From: Candidatus Hydrogenedentota bacterium
Lineage (GTDB): Bacteria; Hydrogenedentota; Hydrogenedentia; Hydrogenedentales; JAEUWI01
Direction: 5' to 3'
Assembly: GCA_034669905.1 (NCBI GenBank)
Contig: JAXMOL010000016.1
Coordinates: 78,358-142,357 of the forward strand
DNA length: 64,000 nucleotides
Below are positions 59,095 through 64,000 of this stretch, piece by piece (the first letter of the stretch is position 1; each line of letters begins with the position of its first letter). The position numbers were made by a program, and so were the translations under genes. The notes under the pieces are model-generated. The model did not search any database. It was not told the DNA's origin and was given only the letters and a program-made list of their open reading frames with translations.

Positions 59095-61140
59095 TTACTT
59101 ATTGGCTACCGTGGTGCCCGGCCAGCTATCGCTCCGAAAAGGAGGAGCTGGCAGGCCCGCCTGGTTGTACAGATTACAAACCGGGTTGTCGGCCCAGGCA
59201 TAGCGGACCGCCACGGGCTGTGCAACGGCGGCACTGGACAGAACAACCGTATCCCCGACGATCTTCCCCTCGGCCCAGTGAAAGCGCCTATCCGCACCCG
59301 CGATGGAGAAGCCCGACAAGGGGGCATTCTCCGGTGTGGTGAGTCCGCCGCCCAGGTGGTCAAAGGTCACCTGCACCGTGGCGCCCGCTACCTGATGGGA
59401 TTTGTAACGGGGGCCGCTGAAGACCAGGTTCTCTCCGTGGGCCACATGGCGGGCGGCCAGGCTGAGTCGCTTACCCACATCCTGCTTGTTCTGCGGATGG
59501 ATGTCGTCGGCCTCCCCGATATCGATGATGGTGGCCATACCCGTGTTTTTGGTCGCCAGGGTCCGGTCCTGGGCTTCCCGCAATTCCGCCCAGGCACTTT
59601 CGCCCGGCTCCGTCGCGGGCTGGAGGAAATTGGCGAGCTGCACATAGAGGAAGGGGAAGTCTCCCTGGCCCCATTGGTCGCGCCAGTCGGCAATCATGGT
59701 GGGGAAGAGTTCGCGGTATTGGTAGGCCCGATTCACATTGGATTCGCCCTGATACCAGATGGCGCCTTTGAGGCCATAGGGCACGAGGGGCGCGATCATG
59801 GCGTTGTAGAGCACGGTGGGCACGTTGGGGTCCCCTTCCCGGATGAGCGGGGGCTCCGGCTGGGGCGGCACGTCGCGCAGATAGGCACTGGGTTTGCACT
59901 GCCAGACACCTGCCAACGGAATCTGTGCCGCATCGGGTACACCCGCCAGGGTGATATACATATCGGCTTCGTTGCCCTGGAATCCCCCCACATTGGCCAT
60001 ATCGTAAATGCGCACGGCCACCACATTCACATGGGGCACGACCAAATCTCCCGGCACGCTGTAATTCCGGAGCGTGGCAGCATGACCGGGGCCCTCATGC
60101 TTGCCCACCAGGGTACCGTTGAAATAGGTACGGTCCGCATCATTGATTGAACCCAGCGAAAGGCTCAGGTCCTGACCCGCCCAGTCTTCGGGCAACTCCA
60201 GCACCTTCCGATACCACATGTAGCCGTCCAGGTCTTCATAGCCCTGTTTTTCCCAGACACCCGGCACGGCCATGGTCCGCCAGTCCTGCGTATCTAAACT
60301 GCGGTCGCCCCATACCGGAACGCCCTCCACGTGCCCCTTGTCATGGGTGGCGAGCTCGGCATTCCACTGCGCCATGGCCTTGTCATAGGCGGCTTGGGCC
60401 ACTTCCATCTGGGGTGCCTCCTTCTCCATCCGGTCCAGCTTCCTGGCAAAATCCGGCAACGTGCGGAGGGCCTCGGCACTCGTCCAGGCTTCACAGAGGG
60501 TTCCCCCCCAGGAACTGTGAATCAGGCCAATCGGCACGCCCTGGGACAAATGCATCTCCCGTCCAAAGAAATAGGCCACGGCGGAAAAAGTCGCCACCGC
60601 CTGGGGGGTACACGGCGTCCAGTCGGGGCCATCGAAGTGTCGTTGCACCTCAAACCTGGTGGACTGGGGCACGGTAAAGAGACGAATCTCGGGGTAGTTG
60701 GCTGCCGCCACTTCGGCCTCCCGGTTCGCAACGCCCATGTCCCCACTCTGAACGGGCCACCACATATTGGACTGACCGGAAGCCAGCCACACATCCCCCA
60801 CGAGCACATCGGAGAAGGTCAATATATTTTCGCCCGACACCGTCAGGGTGTAGGGGCCACCGGCCGCCATAGGCGACAAGGTGGCCTTCCACGCCCCATC
60901 GCGGTTGGCCTTGGCCGAGGCGGTTTGGCCATTTACCGTGACGGTAACACGCGCACCCGGTGCGGCCCAGCCCCAAACGGGCACCTCCATATCGCGCTGC
61001 AACACCATGTGGTCAGTAAAGAGATCAGCCACCCGCACCTCCCCCGAAAGGCCCTCGGGGGTGCCGGTGGACGTCGTACCACATCCGCTGATAAGACCTA
61101 TTGAGAGGAGGATTCCCAACCCCGCCGCGCGAAAATTCAT
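59095..61140 (-). CDS. sialate O-acetylesterase family lipoprotein with inserted beta-sandwich domain
   Basis: ISGC lipobox, GDVWLASGQSNM, WGGT..EAW, IWYQGESN, DIHP, VRYAW. Confidence 0.92.
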   Translation of the reverse strand: MNFRAAGLGILLSIGLISGCGTTSTGTPEGLSGEVRVADLFTDHMVLQRDMEVPVWGWAAPGARVTVTVNGQTASAKANRDGAWKATLSPMAAGGPYTLTVSGENILTFSDVLVGDVWLASGQSNMWWPVQSGDMGVANREAEVAAANYPEIRLFTVPQSTRFEVQRHFDGPDWTPCTPQAVATFSAVAYFFGREMHLSQGVPIGLIHSSWGGTLCEAWTSAEALRTLPDFARKLDRMEKEAPQMEVAQAAYDKAMAQWNAELATHDKGHVEGVPVWGDRSLDTQDWRTMAVPGVWEKQGYEDLDGYMWYRKVLELPEDWAGQDLSLSLGSINDADRTYFNGTLVGKHEGPGHAATLRNYSVPGDLVVPHVNVVAVRIYDMANVGGFQGNEADMYITLAGVPDAAQIPLAGVWQCKPSAYLRDVPPQPEPPLIREGDPNVPTVLYNAMIAPLVPYGLKGAIWYQGESNVNRAYQYRELFPTMIADWRDQWGQGDFPFLYVQLANFLQPATEPGESAWAELREAQDRTLATKNTGMATIIDIGEADDIHPQNKQDVGKRLSLAARHVAHGENLVFSGPRYKSHQVAGATVQVTFDHLGGGLTTPENAPLSGFSIAGADRRFHWAEGKIVGDTVVLSSAAVAQPVAVRYAWADNPVCNLYNQAGLPAPPFRSDSWPGTTVANK

Positions 61141-61315
61141 GTCTATTGTCTCCTTTGTGTTGTTTTCGGCTTCGAACTATACACGACCGGCACCGCGGCT
61201 GCACAACGTCGCGCCGTTGTCTGGAGCGCCCTGCCCCGCGTATAATTGGAGTCATCACCCTAATTCCGTCTGCAGGGTCTGCAGGCTCTTTACCCATGCT
61301 GAAGGAGTCACCGTC

Positions 61316-61999
61316 TTGGCCAGTTTTCTTTGTGCCGCCGATATGAAATCTGTTGACCTTGCGAACCTGTCCGAGTGCGTCCGTCATTTGGAATCGCAGG
61401 GTATCGATGAGTTACATTTCGACCTGGCCGACGGACGCTTCATTCCCCAGTTCGGTTTTTCTGCGGCCATGATTACGGCCGTAAAGGAAGAGACGGAACT
61501 CCCCTGCCACGCCCACCTGTTGGTGGAACAACCGGAGCGCATGCTGCCGGAGCTCTTGAAGACGTCGGTGGATACCGTCACCCTTCACGTCGAGAGCTGT
61601 GTCCATATTCACCGGGCACTCTCGCTCATCAAGACCAGTGGGAAACAGGTTGGACTGGCCATCTTGCCGACGACGGCCCTGACCAAGGTCAATTATTGCC
61701 TCCCCCTCATTGACCGGTTGATCGTGCTCGGCAGTGACCCCATCCGTCCCTCCGTCGCCATGCCCCGGGGCTCCTTTGAGCGGGTCCGCATCCTGCATGA
61801 AAACATCCAGTACAATGAATACGCCATCGAAATCGATGTGGATGGCCGCATGTCCGCAGAGGACGGGGCACGCTGCGTCCGCTTTGGGGCGCGCCGGTTG
61901 GTCGTGAACCCGACGGATGCCCCCGGAATCGGCGAGGACAACATGGAAGCCCTGGAGTATTATCGGCAGGAAGTTGCCATGTTGAGCCAAACGGTCTGA
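61316..61999 (+). CDS. divergent ribulose-phosphate 3-epimerase-like protein
   Basis: LHFDLADGRF, HAHLLV..P, TLHVE, G.A..P.T, IDVDG. TTG start after AGGAG. Confidence 0.8.
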   Translation: MASFLCAADMKSVDLANLSECVRHLESQGIDELHFDLADGRFIPQFGFSAAMITAVKEETELPCHAHLLVEQPERMLPELLKTSVDTVTLHVESCVHIHRALSLIKTSGKQVGLAILPTTALTKVNYCLPLIDRLIVLGSDPIRPSVAMPRGSFERVRILHENIQYNEYAIEIDVDGRMSAEDGARCVRFGARRLVVNPTDAPGIGEDNMEALEYYRQEVAMLSQTV

Positions 62000-62086
62000 C
62001 CCTGCCCCCCACGATTGGGTTACGACCGGTATCCGCGCTATGATGGGTGTGGAAGCGGGGTGCCGTTGCCCCCCCAGGAGAGCTCC

Positions 62087-63544
62087 ATGACCAGTCTCGT
62101 ATCCCTAGTCCTTGCCCTGTCCGCCCTGGCCAATCCACTGCCGGGCTACGAATCCGACGGAGCGGAGTTGCAGGGGTATATTCAGCAGGCCCTGGCGCAA
62201 AATCCGGCCATTGAAGCGAAACACCAGGCCTGGCTCGCTGCTCTCCAACGTATTCCCCAGGCCCAGGGCCTTGATGACCCCATGTTTTCCCTGGGGAGCT
62301 ATCTCTACTCCTCCTCACTGCGCACCAAGGTGAGCTTGTCGCAGAAGTTTCCCTGGTACGGCACGCGTAAAGAACGGGCGGCCCGGGCAGCGTCCCTGGC
62401 CGACGCGGCAGAGGCCGAATTAAATGACCAACGCAATCGGGTAGTCGCCGCCGTGAAGGCCGCCTACTTTGATTACGCCTTTCTTCGGGAAGAAGAACTG
62501 GTCACCCAATCCCAGCTGGATATCCTGACCTACATGGGCGAAGTCATCCGGGGGCGCTATGCCCTCGGCATGGGCGACAAGAGCGCTGTATTGCAAATCG
62601 AAATCGAAGAAGAGCAATTGCAGGATCGACTGCGATGTCTCGCCGAAGAGCGCCCCGTCATTGCGGCGGAGCTCAATGCCCTGCTGGGTGTGCCCACCGG
62701 GGAAGCGCGCCCCTGGCCAGAGGCCACCCTCATCCCGATTGCGCCACCGGCCCCACCCCTCGTTATGGCCTGGATCCACGAAAACAATCCCCGCCTCCAG
62801 GCCCTCGAAGCCATGGAGACCCGCCAGGAACATGCGGAAATCCTGGCCCGGAAAAAAGGGCGCCCTGATATCACGGTGGGCCTCGACTACGTTTCTGTCA
62901 GCCAGCCGCGAAAGATTCGGCCGGACCGACCCTTCCCGGCATCGCTGCAGGGCGGTCGCCGCCTGCTGGATACGGCAGCGGGCAACATCCCCTTCGACCC
63001 CATCACCTCGGCCATCGACGGTTATGCGGTGGCCAACAGCCGGGAACCCATTTCCCGACGGGGCAGCGGAGAAGACAATCTCATGGTGTCCGTTTCGGTC
63101 AACGTCCCCATCTACCGCAAGAAAATCAACGCGGGCGTGGAGGAAGCCCGTCTGGAAGGAGCCCGTTACGCCAGCGAGCGGCAGGACCTGGCCCTCCAAC
63201 TGGAGCGGGACGCCCGGCGCTACCTTTTTCAAATCAGCGACGCAAAACGGCAGCGGGCACTGCTGGAAACGTCCCTCATTCCCCGGGCCCGGGATCGCTA
63301 TGAAAGTCTGCAGAGCGCCTATGCAAGCGGGCTCGCGCAGGGCACCTTCATTGATGTGCTGGATAGCATCCGCACCTTGCTGACCTTCGAATTGCAGCAC
63401 ATCCAGACCCTGCGGGATTGGCAACGGAGCTCCGCACAGTTAGAGTATCTGATGGGCGGTTCGTGGGTCGGAGAGGCCCTCGAGACCAAGACGGATTCCG
63501 CAGTCGAGGCCGAAGTCGTGGAGGCCGAAAGGGCCGAGGAATAG
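62087..63544 (+). CDS. TolC family outer-membrane efflux protein (heavy-metal efflux type)
   Basis: Signal peptide, AL..NP.I.A, LDDPM, SQKFPW.G, two OEP halves. AGGAG RBS. Confidence 0.9.
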   Translation: MTSLVSLVLALSALANPLPGYESDGAELQGYIQQALAQNPAIEAKHQAWLAALQRIPQAQGLDDPMFSLGSYLYSSSLRTKVSLSQKFPWYGTRKERAARAASLADAAEAELNDQRNRVVAAVKAAYFDYAFLREEELVTQSQLDILTYMGEVIRGRYALGMGDKSAVLQIEIEEEQLQDRLRCLAEERPVIAAELNALLGVPTGEARPWPEATLIPIAPPAPPLVMAWIHENNPRLQALEAMETRQEHAEILARKKGRPDITVGLDYVSVSQPRKIRPDRPFPASLQGGRRLLDTAAGNIPFDPITSAIDGYAVANSREPISRRGSGEDNLMVSVSVNVPIYRKKINAGVEEARLEGARYASERQDLALQLERDARRYLFQISDAKRQRALLETSLIPRARDRYESLQSAYASGLAQGTFIDVLDSIRTLLTFELQHIQTLRDWQRSSAQLEYLMGGSWVGEALETKTDSAVEAEVVEAERAEE

Positions 63545-63577
63545 CAGGGTAGCAGGCGAAGTAAGTTCGGAGATTAT

Positions 63578-64000
63578 TGCCAACGGGTCGGTGGCGCTCC
63601 ATAGAGTGTCCCTCGAGGGATAGGCATTCCTGCACGCCTACGGCGCGTCGATGACCTGCCACTCGGTGCGCTCACACCATACAAGCCACTCCCTGGAGTG
63701 CGTAAGCTTGCTTACGCTTTCATTCAGCAAGCTTGCTTGCGTCCCCACGCGAGCCACCAGAACCCCATCCCCATAACGACGGGAGCAAGCTCCCTTATTG
63801 AAGGTGGCAGCAAGCTGCCACACTCCAAAGGTAGTGCCACCGGGTCGGTGGCGCTCCATAGAGTGTCCCTCGTGGGATAGGCATTCCTGCACGCCTACGG
63901 CGCGTCGATGACCTGCCACTCGGTGCGCTCACACCATACAAGCCACTCCCTGGAGTGCGTAAGCTTGCTTACGCTTTCATTCAGCAAGCTTGCTTGCGTC
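63578..64000. repeat. 257-bp tandem direct repeat containing a REP doublet (family F), truncated by the window end
   Basis: 63578-63743 equals 63835-64000 with two mismatches. The unit contains inverted REP arms at 63694-63720 and 63801-63827. Confidence 0.93.

Noticed and set aside
63578..64000. Possible CRISPR or coding repeat
   Set aside because: 257-bp period with no unique spacers; the short ORFs across it have no protein-like features.

Overview
A 64 kb, GC-rich (roughly 60% by eye) chromosomal segment of a diderm bacterium, since it carries waaF, TolC, a type IV pilin and a PEP-CTERM protein. The lineage cannot be fixed from this window. Most of it is core or metabolic DNA: tRNA-Ala(GGC), tgt-yajC-secDF, trpS, ddl, dapF, a complete Opp/Dpp ABC operon, a Btu/Fec-type ABC operon, a DeoR-regulated sugar/polyol operon, exported glycan-processing enzymes, a ParDE toxin-antitoxin pair and two large sensor proteins. 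A PKD-repeat lipoprotein missed by the ORF track runs off the left edge. I found no CRISPR array, integrase, transposase or prophage. Leads worth checking: (1) a GAF-PAS-PAS-PP2C-HATPase phosphatase whose membrane input domain resembles the YhhQ/Vut_1 queuosine-precursor transporter; (2) a kinase-like/methyltransferase fusion (NoeA-like) paired with an LtaS/EptA-like membrane transferase and bracketed by 33-bp inverted repeats; (3) a DapF with its second catalytic Cys replaced by Ser, beside ddl and a degenerate ATP-grasp protein; (4) sigma-54 promoters upstream of both the PEP-CTERM gene and the pilin; (5) about nine distinct families of REP-like palindromic or short periodic intergenic elements, several with compensatory base changes and with no cognate transposase in the window. 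All family assignments come from motif recognition by eye, not from database searches.
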